From Candidatus Spechtbacterales bacterium (GTDB taxonomy: Bacteria; Patescibacteriota; Minisyncoccia; Spechtbacterales; 2-12-FULL-38-22): 45,933 nucleotides of DNA. This document shows positions 1 through 8,881 of the stretch, piece by piece (positions within the stretch are counted from its first letter, which is position 1; every line of letters starts with the position of its first letter). Location: positions 1 to 45,933 of the forward strand of contig JBBDZE010000008.1 in NCBI GenBank assembly GCA_040900345.1. The letters are read 5' to 3'. Made by a program: the position numbers and the translations under genes. The notes under the pieces are model-generated. The model had not been told where the DNA came from. It did not search any database and was given only the letters and a program-made list of their open reading frames with translations.

Positions 1-2387
1 GCGTCGGTTGCGGCAGCAGCTCTACTCCCGCCACTGGGAGCTGGAGGCGGTGTGGGGCTACCAGAGGCGGGTGCTTCCGGAGCATTTTGACTACGATTTC
101 TGGAACCCTGGAGTCGTTGAGCTGCAGGAGAGGGAGGCGGCGTAGCGGGGCCGCGGGCTGGTGGCGGTGTCGGGCCGCCAGGCGGCGCTGCAGGTCCGCG
201 CGGAGGTCGAGCGGGCCCGGGAGGAGGGGTGCTGCCCCCACCGCTCGGTGGCGGCGTTCCACCCCCACCTCCAGGAGGCGTCCCACCGCTCGGCGGTGGC
301 GTACCGGGGCCGGGACGACCTCCTGCCCCAGCGGCGGCTCCCGCAGCGGCAGCTCCCGCGGCCGCCGCGCCAGCGGCTGCCCTTGCGGCGCTGCCTGTGC
401 CCGGCCCGCCTCCGGTGCCAGCGCTACCATTACCAAGGAAGCTTCCATTCGGCATGCGCGCGTTGAGGTGCGGGTCATTCTCAATGGCAGCGGCCATCTT
501 CTCGAGGCGTTCGATCTTAGTATTCTTGAGTGCTTGCAAGCGGGAAGGTTTGTCGTTGGTTTTGTAGAGATTGTCGATGGCTTGTTGCATGCTGGTGTCC
601 AACGCGAGCAAGTCTTCTTTACGCTGCGTCATGCGGCGCAGTTTGCTTTCAGAGAGATTATCGTTGCCCAAAATACCCTTGGCAACGTTGATGTCTCCTC
701 GCGCGGTGGTGGAAAGTTTATCAAGGGCCGCAGAGTCCATTTCGGCAACCCGCTCAATGATCCGGTTTTCGTCCTCGCCCAGGACAGCACGGTCATGAGG
801 GTTTGCGGCGAGCCAGTTGTCGCCTGAACCGGGACGGCCCTTTGAAGCGTTAAGGTAGCGCTCCACAACATCTTTGTTGATTGTGCCCTCCCGGCGCGCC
901 TCGTCGGCTTTGCGTGGGTTGCGTTGCGAGAGCACATCCATGGCCGCGGTAAGTCGGTCACCGTTGCGCTCGGCGCGTACATTGCGAACAAGCTGGTCGT
1001 CGGTGAGCTTTTCATACCCTGGCTGAAACTGGCGCCAGGAAGCTCGCTGCTGGTTCGCGTATCCTTGCATGCCGCGCCCAGCACCTTGCATGATAGAGCT
1101 TCCAGCGCCTAGGGTAGCAGCGTTAAGGAGCCTTCTGGTGTTCCAGCGATTTCGCATAACCGGGTTATCGACGAGGCGATTGCCCGCTCGCTCGGCAACG
1201 CCGCTGGTCGCTCGTCCCGCCTTGCGCTTCACAGCGCTGGCGGGCTCGCGCACAAATCGTCGGTTGGCCCACTTGGTCGTTCCTTGCTGTATTCTTTGGC
1301 CTTGCTTTACGATAAGACCGGAACCCATAGCGCTTATGGAAAAGGCCACGAACATGCCGGCGACCATGGTGCCCAAGCCCATGCCCATAAGGGTCACCTG
1401 GCAAAATTGGTTGTTACCCACGATGTCATTGGTTATATCGTTGTGCTCACCCTGGCTGCCGGTGCCCACGCCAGTAGGAGCGGGAGGGAGGGGACTGGTG
1501 CAAAGGCCCGAGTTGCCGGCAAACACAATGCCAAGGAATAAAAAGAGCCCGACGGGAATGGGCAGAAGGGCCCACTGGAAGAACTGGTGTGACCACTTGA
1601 AAAAGTACTCCCGCGTGGCGGGCAAGATGTAGGCGGCAAAGGCAAGGGGCGAAAAAATGACCAACAACTGCAAGGCGAGAACGCGCACGACCATAAGCGC
1701 ACTGATAAGCAGTAAGATAAGCGCGGTTACCAAGTTGAATATGATGGATACTAACAGGCGCACGGACTGCCCCGCGACCTCTTTGAGGTTTTGTTCAAGC
1801 GCGAAGTCCGAGCTGCTCATGAACGGGTTGACGCTCTCATTGCTAAAGAGCGCCGTCCCGCCGGCTGCTTCATCGAAGAATATTTTGGTGAGAATGTTGG
1901 AAATGTCAATGACCAGCGCTGTAAGGAATGGCGAGAAATTAATAAGGAGCGCGATGACCACGAACCACACGAGGAGTCTGGCGTTGAGAGCGGCTCCGCG
2001 CACCTTTAAGTTCAGCATGGTGCCAATGGCGATGGCGATAAGGATGATAATGAAGAGGCCATTGGTAATGTCGCGGATAATCTCCCACCCAACAGCAACG
2101 CCCGATGTCTCCGCGGCCGTTATGGGCGTGTAGCTGGCGCTCAAGACAAAGGACATGGTTATTTGCATGACGGTTGCGGCCAGGAAGACCACGGCGATGG
2201 ATATCCAGTTGATGATCCAAAGCGCGCCACCGAGGAATATTGAGAGCAAGCCCGCCCCCGCTGCCCTCGCAAAGTCATCGTGAAACCACGCGTCGGCCGG
2301 CACGGGCAGAAAGGCGACCACGATCACCAAAGTACCAAAAACGCCCAGCGCGAGCGGTTTAAAAAATGGTTTCGGCTGGGCCAGCAA
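1..2387 (-). CDS. Partial CDS running off the left window edge, absent from the supplied ORF track. Signal peptide plus polytopic membrane protein, TrbL/VirB6-like, with a coiled and Pro/Gly/Ala-rich low-complexity C-terminal tail.
   Basis: Manual translation of the minus frame is open from a TGA at 2454-2456 down to base 1. The likely start is TTG at 2387: (M)LAQPKPFFKPLALGVFGTLVIVVAFLPVPADA|W looks like a signal peptide. Several hydrophobic helices follow (LLVWFVVIALLINFSPFLTALVIDISNILTKIFFD; LLISALMVVRVLALQLLVIFSPLAFAAYILP). The tail reads ...GTPPPSGGTPPGGGGGTPPPSGG.... The family name is from memory of T4SS TrbL/VirB6 topology and motifs, not from a search. Confidence 0.6.
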   Translation of the reverse strand, partial: MLAQPKPFFKPLALGVFGTLVIVVAFLPVPADAWFHDDFARAAGAGLLSIFLGGALWIINWISIAVVFLAATVMQITMSFVLSASYTPITAAETSGVAVGWEIIRDITNGLFIIILIAIAIGTMLNLKVRGAALNARLLVWFVVIALLINFSPFLTALVIDISNILTKIFFDEAAGGTALFSNESVNPFMSSSDFALEQNLKEVAGQSVRLLVSIIFNLVTALILLLISALMVVRVLALQLLVIFSPLAFAAYILPATREYFFKWSHQFFQWALLPIPVGLFLFLGIVFAGNSGLCTSPLPPAPTGVGTGSQGEHNDITNDIVGNNQFCQVTLMGMGLGTMVAGMFVAFSISAMGSGLIVKQGQRIQQGTTKWANRRFVREPASAVKRKAGRATSGVAERAGNRLVDNPVMRNRWNTRRLLNAATLGAGSSIMQGAGRGMQGYANQQRASWRQFQPGYEKLTDDQLVRNVRAERNGDRLTAAMDVLSQRNPRKADEARREGTINKDVVERYLNASKGRPGSGDNWLAANPHDRAVLGEDENRIIERVAEMDSAALDKLSTTARGDINVAKGILGNDNLSESKLRRMTQRKEDLLALDTSMQQAIDNLYKTNDKPSRLQALKNTKIERLEKMAAAIENDPHLNARMPNGSFLGNGSAGTGGGPGTGSAARAAAGAAAAGAAAAGAAAGAGGRPGPGTPPPSGGTPPGGGGGTPPPSGGGSTPPPGPARPPRGPAAPPGGPTPPPARGPATPPPSPAAQRLQGSRNRSQNAPEAPASGSPTPPPAPSGGSRAAAATD

Positions 2388-2423
2388 AAGCAGCTTATGC
2401 GGAAGTTCTCGCATTAGCTGTAT

Positions 2424-2432
2424 TATAGCACC
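2424..2432 (-). promoter_or_regulatory. Extended -10 element (TGCTATAAT on the minus strand) upstream of the TrbL/VirB6-like CDS
   Basis: The reverse complement of attatagca is TGCTATAAT, about 37 nt upstream of the proposed TTG start. No good -35 at 17 nt. Confidence 0.3.
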
Positions 2433-2498
2433 TAACAGGAATGCGAAGCCGTCAATTGTTCCACAGTAAAAGCAAACAAGAAAGGACGTGTATACTTG

Positions 2499-2528
2499 CC
2501 ACATTTTCCACACGTGTGGGAAATGTGG
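2499..2528. terminator. 30-nt near-perfect palindrome between the rsmA stop and the next minus-strand gene (terminator or operator)
   Basis: CCACATTTTCCACAC|GTGTGGGAAATGTGG has one mismatch. It lies 39 nt downstream of rsmA on the minus strand. Confidence 0.35.
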
Positions 2529-2566
2529 TAGGGAGGGGGCTCGCAAGGTAGCCCAAAGGGCGGCTG

Positions 2567-3403
2567 TTAAGAGTGGTCGCGTTTAGGCAAGGCCGCCAGG
2601 AGAGCACGCCACTCCTCTACCGAGAGAGTCTCGGCCCGTCGGGAAGGGTCAATGTGGGCCGCCGCAAAAGCATCGGTGAGTTCTTGCTTGTCACCAAAGT
2701 GCGCGTTGGCAATGTTACCCAAAAGTTGTTTGCGGCGAGCGGAGAACCCGGCGCGGGCAAGCGCAAAAAAGCGCTTTTCGTCCAGCGCGGGCGTCGCGAT
2801 ATCACGCACGACGAGGAGGGATGAGTCCACCTCGGGTGCCGGCCAAAACGACGAGGCGGGAATAGTGCGCTCAATAGCCGGCGTGCCATAGAGCTGCACG
2901 GAAACAGAGAGCATCGTAGCGTGCGGCGGCTCGGCTATAATCTTTTGAGCGACCTCTTTTTGAATAATAACGGCAATGGCGCTTGGTTTTGCTTCGGTTG
3001 TCTCCAAAAAGGTGCGAAAAAGCCGTGCGGTCAGGTAGTACGGCGGGGCGCCTAGGAGCGCGTAACCGGTAACGGGTAACGCGTAACGGGAGGGATTAAA
3101 TTTGAGAATATCGTCTTGGACTATTTCAACGTTCTGGCTGGCGGCGAATTTTTTGCCTAGGAATTCTGCAAGAGCCGGATCTTTTTCCACCGCGATAACG
3201 TCCGCACCCGCTTCGGCCAGTGCGGCGGTAATCACGCCCGTGCCGGGTCCGACCTCAAGCACCGTGTCGCCTTGCTGAATGTCGGCGGCTTTAAGCAGCG
3301 CGGTAAGCGCGCCTTCATCAATAAGAAAATGTTGCCCGAGCACCTTGTTGGGACGAGCCCCTAAGGTTGCAAGGTCGCTTTGAATGGATACTTTCAGTGA
3401 CAT
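2567..3403 (-). CDS. rsmA: 16S rRNA (adenine1518/1519-N6)-dimethyltransferase RsmA/KsgA
   Basis: LGQHFLIDEGAL...GDTVLEVGPGTGVITAALAE (SAM-binding motif); the length and C-terminal domain are typical of KsgA. Confidence 0.92.
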   Translation of the reverse strand: MSLKVSIQSDLATLGARPNKVLGQHFLIDEGALTALLKAADIQQGDTVLEVGPGTGVITAALAEAGADVIAVEKDPALAEFLGKKFAASQNVEIVQDDILKFNPSRYALPVTGYALLGAPPYYLTARLFRTFLETTEAKPSAIAVIIQKEVAQKIIAEPPHATMLSVSVQLYGTPAIERTIPASSFWPAPEVDSSLLVVRDIATPALDEKRFFALARAGFSARRKQLLGNIANAHFGDKQELTDAFAAAHIDPSRRAETLSVEEWRALLAALPKRDHS

Positions 3404-3412
3404 AGGCGGCAG

Positions 3413-5335
3413 TTACCATTCAAGGACGTCTTCATCCCAGGCGGTGTCCGATTCGCGTATCTGTTGGAGCGGTTCAAATGATAGGTGCTCTTGGGGTAAC
3501 TCGAAAAGAAAGTTGGAGGGCGGGTTTGACTGTGTGGAGCCCCATAGCATCCGGTGGCGCGCAAACAACATATACAACTTCTCTTTGGCCCGGGTAATGC
3601 CTACATAGCAGAGGCGGCGTTCTTCCTCCAGCTCGCGCGCCGAGCTCATACTGCTGGCGTGAGGCAAAATACCCTCTTCGCAGCCGGCCATAAACACCAC
3701 CGGAAACTCAAGGCCTTTTGCCATGTGCAGGGTCATCAAGTGTACGAGGTCGTTCTCGTAGCGGATGTTGTCGGTCTCCTGCATGAGGGTGACGTCTTCC
3801 AGGAATTTCGCGAGAGCCTCATTCAGCGCGAGCGTGTCATATTCTTGCGTTACCGACTGCAACTCAAGAACGTTTTGCCAGCGCTCCTCACCCTTATCGG
3901 TGCCGTCGCGCAAGAGTTTTTCGGTGCTGGTCTTGTTGATGATGAAGGTAAGCAGTTCTAAGAGCGTGCCGGCCCCTTGCGCATAGCGGTCGGATATCTC
4001 ATTGACCATGGCGCGTACCACATCTTCCTTTTTGCGGGCCGGTTTGGCTATAAGGCGTTCGCGCAGCGTGCCGGCGCGGAGTTTGGCGAGGCGATCAAAC
4101 GCCGGAAAGTCGTGGGGGTTGTGCAAAAGGCGCAGCCACGCAATAGCATCTTTTACCTCCGCACGCTCATAGAACTTTGTGCCACCGACAATTTTATAGG
4201 GAACGCCCGCCCGTAAGAAGGTCTCTTCCAGAGCGCGCGATTGGGCGTTGGTACGATACAGCACCACCATATCGCGCAAGTGCAGTTTGCGCTCTTCAAC
4301 GAGGTGGTGCATGGTAGCCAGAATGAATTCCCCTTCCTCGCGCTCGTTGAGTACTTCCTGAATGGCGATTGGTTCGCCTTCGGTGTTGTGGGTCCAGAGG
4401 TTTTTGGGGTAACCCTCGTCGTTGTTGGCAATAAGCGCCGAGGCGGCCTCAACGATGCGCTTGCTTGAGCGGTAGTTTTGTTCCAGCTTGATGACCTTGG
4501 CGGCGGGCCAGTCGCGTTCAAAGTTGAGAATATTCTCAAAATTGGCATTACGCCACGAGTAAATGGCCTGGGCATCGTCCCCCACCACGCAAATGTTGCC
4601 CGATCCTTGGGCCAGCAGCATCACCAGCGTGTACTGGGCGGTGTTGGTGTCCTGGTACTCATCAACGAGAATATAGCGAAATCTTCGCTGTAGCTTCGTA
4701 CGGACCGCCTCGTTGGTCTTGAGCAGCAGCACGGTTTGCATAATGAGATCGTCAAAGTCAAAGGCGTTGGCCTCGGCGAGCGCCGTTTGGTAGCGTTCAT
4801 AGACGCGGGCGGCCTCGCGTTCCAGATAGGTACCAGCCTGAGCAACGAACATCTCGGGGAGGAGCAGCTCATCCTTGGCGCCAGAGATAATGGCGGCAAT
4901 TTTGTTGGGCGTAATCTGCTTGGGGTCAATTCCCAGCTCTTTCATGGCTTGTTTGAGCACCGTTTGCTGGTCGCTGGCGTCAAATATCGTAAATTGGGGC
5001 GAATAGCCTATGAGCGCGGCGTGCTCGCGTAATAGGCGCACGCATACCGAGTGGAACGTGCCCATGGTGGGCATCTGGCTGGGCGGACCTGTCGGTGAAG
5101 CGTCGGTTTGGGCGAGAAGCTGGGCCACGCGCTCCTTCATCTCCCCCGCCGCTTTGTTGGTGAACGTTACGGCAAGGATAGAGCGGGGCGAAATGCCCCG
5201 CGAAATAAGGTAGGCAATGCGGTGGGTGAGGGTGCGGGTTTTGCCCGAGCCCGGGCCGGCTAAAATCAAAAGCGGGCCGTCAATGGTTTGAGCGGCATCG
5301 CGCTGCTGTTGGTTGAGCGAAGCGAGAATATCCAC
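3413..5335 (-). CDS. pcrA: UvrD/PcrA/Rep-family ATP-dependent DNA helicase
   Basis: Walker A LILAGPGSGKTRTLTHRIAYLI; motifs FTNKAAGEMKERV, ILVDEYQDTN, VGDDAQAIYSWRNA, LEQNYRS, TLHMAKGLEFPVVF, RRLCYVGITRA. Confidence 0.9.
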   Translation of the reverse strand: MDILASLNQQQRDAAQTIDGPLLILAGPGSGKTRTLTHRIAYLISRGISPRSILAVTFTNKAAGEMKERVAQLLAQTDASPTGPPSQMPTMGTFHSVCVRLLREHAALIGYSPQFTIFDASDQQTVLKQAMKELGIDPKQITPNKIAAIISGAKDELLLPEMFVAQAGTYLEREAARVYERYQTALAEANAFDFDDLIMQTVLLLKTNEAVRTKLQRRFRYILVDEYQDTNTAQYTLVMLLAQGSGNICVVGDDAQAIYSWRNANFENILNFERDWPAAKVIKLEQNYRSSKRIVEAASALIANNDEGYPKNLWTHNTEGEPIAIQEVLNEREEGEFILATMHHLVEERKLHLRDMVVLYRTNAQSRALEETFLRAGVPYKIVGGTKFYERAEVKDAIAWLRLLHNPHDFPAFDRLAKLRAGTLRERLIAKPARKKEDVVRAMVNEISDRYAQGAGTLLELLTFIINKTSTEKLLRDGTDKGEERWQNVLELQSVTQEYDTLALNEALAKFLEDVTLMQETDNIRYENDLVHLMTLHMAKGLEFPVVFMAGCEEGILPHASSMSSARELEEERRLCYVGITRAKEKLYMLFARHRMLWGSTQSNPPSNFLFELPQEHLSFEPLQQIRESDTAWDEDVLEW

Positions 5336-5477
5336 AGATTAATGTAGGACTTATCAATAGGTAATCAACAATTCATACACAGGACCTTTCAAAATAACGC
5401 GTATACTGCCTTGTTGCGTAAGCTTCCCGTTAGAAGTCGCGAGGGCACGCAGCGTGCCTCTACTTCTAACCCTGGTG

Positions 5478-5608
5478 ACCCCGCGCCTCTTTGTGAACCC
5501 ATCTCGCCCTGCTTCTTTTGTGATACCTTAGGGGTCAAAAATACTTCCGCCCTCAGGAAACTATCGTACATGGCCGATGGCAACGTCAGTTCACAAAAGG
5601 CGCGGGGT
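5478..5608. repeat. Long-range inverted repeat (about 20 nt arms) enclosing about 90 nt in the pcrA / LysM-peptidase divergent intergenic region
   Basis: ACCCCGCGCCTCTTTGTGAAC (5478-5498) pairs with GTTCACAAAAGGCGCGGGGT (5589-5608), with one bulge. A separate 9-bp hairpin GTTAGAAGT...ACTTCTAAC lies at 5429-5470. Confidence 0.6.
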
Positions 5609-5636
5609 TGACACAGGGGGCGCGCGGTGATAAACT
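5608..5636 (+). promoter_or_regulatory. Sigma70-like promoter for the LysM/M23 peptidase gene, giving a leader of about 250 nt
   Basis: TTGACA (5608-5613), exact 17-nt spacer, TAAACT (5631-5636). The next + strand start codon is at 5891. Confidence 0.4.
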
Positions 5637-5890
5637 GCCCCTTGTATTGTAGAGCTGAATTCCTGCGAGCGCAGTATAGCGCATCTGCAGGAAACAGTGC
5701 AACGTAACGTGGATTGTCGCAGCGCAGATCTTAGATTCAGCGGGCACACAAGACAAGACTTATTCACGAGACCCCACAAGACCCTGCCTCGTTACCCGGT
5801 CCTTCCGGCGCGAAGGCAGGTGAAATAATTCAGCGAACCGGCAAGAGAATTTCTCGTATATTCCGCACACAACGCGGCAAAACTCCTGAT

Positions 5891-6901
5891 ATGCATGCAA
5901 TAAGCATAGGAGCTGCCGTTTTTATTTTGTCCGGTATCCTCATTGCCAACGCTGCCTATCCCCCGGTATTTGAACGAAATGCAGTCGCGGCGAGCGAAAC
6001 CGCGAGCTCGGTTGAGCATTCACAGCTCTTTGCCGATGCCCGTAGCGTTTTGGGAGAACCGGGACGCGGCGGAGTCGAAGAGGACGTTCCTGTCATTGCC
6101 CCGCAGGACACGGCACTGCTGAGCCCCGGGATGCTCCCTTCGGGCGGTTCCTACCCGACGGAAGATTCGGAGCGCAACGAAGTTACCACCTACACTGTAC
6201 AAGAAGGCGATACCCTGAGCGCTATTGCAGCGCGCCACAATCTCAGCACCAACACGCTGTTGTGGTCAAATGACCTGGGATCAGCCGACCTTATCCGACC
6301 CGGCGATGAGTTGACCATATTACCGGTAGACGGCTTGCTGCACGAGGTGCGCTCTGGCGATACGCTCAGCACTATTGCGAAGAGATATAAGGCCTCGGCA
6401 GACGATATTATTCGCTACAACCAAATTGAAGTTGACACCATAATCATCGGCCAGCACTTGATTATTGCCGGTGGCGTTGAGCCTCCTCCCGCGCCCAAGT
6501 CCCGCACGGTTGCCTCCTCGGGGCGAGCGGCAAGCAACTCCCTACCCAATATTTCGGGGTACTTTATCCGCCCCACTGCAGGCTATCGCAGCCAAGGTAT
6601 TCACAGTAACAATGCGGTGGACATTGCTAACGCTTGCGGCACGCCCGTTTACGCGGCGGCCTCCGGCACCGTACAGGCGGCCTCTAACGGCGGCCGCTGG
6701 AACGGTGGGTATGGCAATTTTGTAACCATTGTTCATCCCAACGGTGTTACCACACTTTACGCCCACATGACGCGCGGCGTTGTCTCTTCCGGCCAGCAAG
6801 TAAGCCAAGGGCACGCGATTGGATATATGGGGACGACGGGGCGCTCAACTGGCTGCCATCTGCACTGGGAGGTGCGCGGCGCGCGCAACCCGCTGGGGTA
6901 A
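5891..6901 (+). CDS. Secreted cell-wall hydrolase: two LysM domains plus an M23 (LytM-type) metallopeptidase domain
   Basis: LysM: YTVQEGDTLSAIAARHNLSTNTLLWSNDL and HEVRSGDTLSTIAKRYKASADDIIRYNQI. M23: HSNNAVDIA...GGYGNFVTIVHPNGVTTLYAHM...GYMGTTGRSTGCHLHWEV. Confidence 0.9.
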   Translation: MHAISIGAAVFILSGILIANAAYPPVFERNAVAASETASSVEHSQLFADARSVLGEPGRGGVEEDVPVIAPQDTALLSPGMLPSGGSYPTEDSERNEVTTYTVQEGDTLSAIAARHNLSTNTLLWSNDLGSADLIRPGDELTILPVDGLLHEVRSGDTLSTIAKRYKASADDIIRYNQIEVDTIIIGQHLIIAGGVEPPPAPKSRTVASSGRAASNSLPNISGYFIRPTAGYRSQGIHSNNAVDIANACGTPVYAAASGTVQAASNGGRWNGGYGNFVTIVHPNGVTTLYAHMTRGVVSSGQQVSQGHAIGYMGTTGRSTGCHLHWEVRGARNPLG

Positions 6902-6919
6902 ACAACTTCGAGCTTTGAG

Positions 6920-6953
6920 AACCAAAAGACGGCCCTCGGGCCGTCTTTTGGTT
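6920..6953. terminator. Hairpin terminator between convergent genes (AACCAAAAGACGGCCC / GGGCCGTCTTTTGGTT)
   Basis: Perfect 16-bp arms immediately downstream of the peptidase stop, with A/T-rich arm ends. Confidence 0.6.
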
Positions 6954-7050
6954 GCAGAAAAGAAAGGAATGCACGGCAGACAAGTCCTTCGCAAACGGGC
7001 CCTTCATGCGAAATGGGCGTTAAAAAGAACGTATGTAAGCCAAAATAAAT

Positions 7051-7088
7051 GGCCAAACGGCCACATGGTACCATGTGGCCGTTTGGCC
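7051..7088. terminator. 38-nt perfect palindrome downstream of comM (second hairpin in the convergent gap)
   Basis: GGCCAAACGGCCACATGGT|ACCATGTGGCCGTTTGGCC. Confidence 0.5.
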
Positions 7089-7198
7089 GTTCGGCAAGCT
7101 CAAAGCTAATAGCCACCGCTTCCAGCGGGGCCCCGTCACCGCTTTCTTCGGGACCCCGCCAGCGGCGGTGGCCAAAGGCGGTGGCTCACAGCTCGAAG

Positions 7199-8752
7199 TT
7201 ACGACAGCTCTCGTTCTCTGCGGGCAAACTGGAGGGCTGAGGCGATATGCTTCCAGGTAATGACCTCATCCCCCGCTAGGTCAGCGATAGTACGGGCTAC
7301 TTTCAGCGAAGAGTGATAGGCGCGGGCCGACAGGCGGTATTTTTCAACCGCCATCCCCAGCAAGGCGGACGTTTTTTCATCAATGGCACAGTAGCGCTTA
7401 ATCTGCGGGAGCGACATTTCGCTGTTCGCGACAATACCCGAGCGGGCAAAACGCTCTTCCTGGCGCTTGCGAGCGACGGTTACGCGCGCCTGCACTCGCG
7501 ATGAGGATTCGCCGCGGGTGGTGCCCGAAATCTTGGCGTAGGGCTGGCGTGGCACGGTAACGTGCAAATCAATGCGGTCGGCGATAGGCCCGGATAGCTT
7601 GCGTTGGTACTTCACGATACTGGTTGGCGAGCAGGAGCATTCTCGGGTCTCATCGCCAAAATAGCCGCAGGGACAAGGGTTGGCCGCGGCAATGAGGATG
7701 GACTGGGCCGGGTACTGGACGCTCCCGGCCGCGCGGGCCACGGTAATGGTTCCCTCTTCAAGCGGTTGGCGCAGGCTCTCAAGAACGTCGCGATGAAACT
7801 CGGGAAATTCGTCCAAGAACAGAACGCCGCGATGGGCGCGCGTGACCTCCCCGGGTTTGAGGCCGTTGCCCCCGCCCAAAAGAGCAGCCTCTGATGAGGC
7901 GTGATGGGGCGAGCGAAAAGGGCGCGTGCTCACGAGTGGGCTGCGCGCGGTGAGATCGCCGCATACGCTGGCGATTTTGGTGGCTTCAAGCGCCTCGGTA
8001 TAGGAGAGTGGGGGCAAAATGCCCGCAGCAGCCCGTGCTAAAAGGGTCTTACCCGAGCCCGGCGGGCCCTGCATGAGTACATTGTGGCCGCCCGCGGCGG
8101 CTATTTCTAAAGCATACTTTGCGTGTTCCTGGCCCTGGATATCGGCAAAATCAACCTTGGGCTTGGCAGTTGCGCCCTGGGCGGGTTTGGGGCGAGTGGG
8201 TATAAGTTTGTGGCGTCCCTCAAGATGGTCGAGCAGTTCACGCATGGTGCGCGGGGCAAAGACCGCAACACCACGCACCAGCGCGGCCTCATAGCGATTG
8301 GCGTAGGGAATGATTACGCTGGAAAAGCCAGCTTCGCGCGCGTGTAGCGCCAGCAAAAGAGCGCCCGTTATGGGGCGTAGCTCGCCGTTGAGGGCAAGTT
8401 CTCCGGCGCATAAGGTGGAGGAGAGGTCGGCGCGCAACTGGTCGGAGTCCGCTAAAAAACCAAGGGCCATCGGCAAGTCATACCAGCCGCCTTCTTTGCG
8501 CACGTCGGCGGGGGCCAGGTTGATGATGACGCGCTTAGAAAAGGTTCTGGGCGGCTTGCACGCACTGTTTTTGAGCGCTGACGAAACGCGTTCTTTGGCC
8601 TCGTCCACGGCTTTGTCGGGAAGGCCGACAATACGAAACGAGTGGAGGCCGACGCTCACGTCGGCCTCCACGGACACGGTTTGAGTTGTCATCCCCTGCC
8701 GAGCGGCAGAGTATACCAAGGAGGGCATTGCCATTCTTGCCCGGAAGGGCAA
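7199..8752 (-). CDS. comM: YifB/ComM-family Mg-chelatase-like AAA+ ATPase
   Basis: N-terminal Lon-protease-like domain (VEADVSVGLHSFRIVGLPDKAVDEAKERV), Walker A LMQGPPGSGKTLLA, VLFLDEFPEF, CPCGYFGD...CSC zinc motif and the C-terminal Mg-chelatase domain. Confidence 0.9.
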   Translation of the reverse strand: MPFRARMAMPSLVYSAARQGMTTQTVSVEADVSVGLHSFRIVGLPDKAVDEAKERVSSALKNSACKPPRTFSKRVIINLAPADVRKEGGWYDLPMALGFLADSDQLRADLSSTLCAGELALNGELRPITGALLLALHAREAGFSSVIIPYANRYEAALVRGVAVFAPRTMRELLDHLEGRHKLIPTRPKPAQGATAKPKVDFADIQGQEHAKYALEIAAAGGHNVLMQGPPGSGKTLLARAAAGILPPLSYTEALEATKIASVCGDLTARSPLVSTRPFRSPHHASSEAALLGGGNGLKPGEVTRAHRGVLFLDEFPEFHRDVLESLRQPLEEGTITVARAAGSVQYPAQSILIAAANPCPCGYFGDETRECSCSPTSIVKYQRKLSGPIADRIDLHVTVPRQPYAKISGTTRGESSSRVQARVTVARKRQEERFARSGIVANSEMSLPQIKRYCAIDEKTSALLGMAVEKYRLSARAYHSSLKVARTIADLAGDEVITWKHIASALQFARRERELS

Positions 8753-8781
8753 ATGAGTGATAACGAGTGCAGCCCGAGCGG

Positions 8782-8799
8782 CTGCCTACCGGTAGGCAG
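8782..8799. repeat. 18-nt palindrome CTGCCTACCGGTAGGCAG, with a near-identical copy at 19665-19682
   Basis: Direct comparison: 8782-8799 CTGCCTACCGGTAGGCAG versus 19665-19682 CTGCCTACCGGCAGGCAG. Both are intergenic and sit in GC-rich context. Confidence 0.55.
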
Positions 8800-8856
8800 G
8801 GCTGTCTCCCTTTGGGAGATCTCCCGTAGGGAAACAAGAATGAGCATCCTGAGCGA

Positions 8857-8881
8857 AGCGAAGGAGCTCCTTCGCTTTTTT
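8857..8881. terminator. 20-nt palindrome plus T-run between the DksA-like gene and comM
   Basis: AGCGAAGGAGCTCCTTCGCT is followed by a T-run (8876-8881). The T-run is on the + strand although both flanking genes are on the minus strand, so the function is uncertain. Confidence 0.4.

Noticed and set aside
87-2133. Plus-strand ORFs 87..827, 161..466, 229..567, 1069..1632 and 1657..2133
   Set aside because: Their translations are Arg/Pro/Ala-rich or otherwise low-quality. They lie antisense to a continuous, membrane-protein-like minus-strand frame that is open across the whole region, so I treat them as shadow ORFs.
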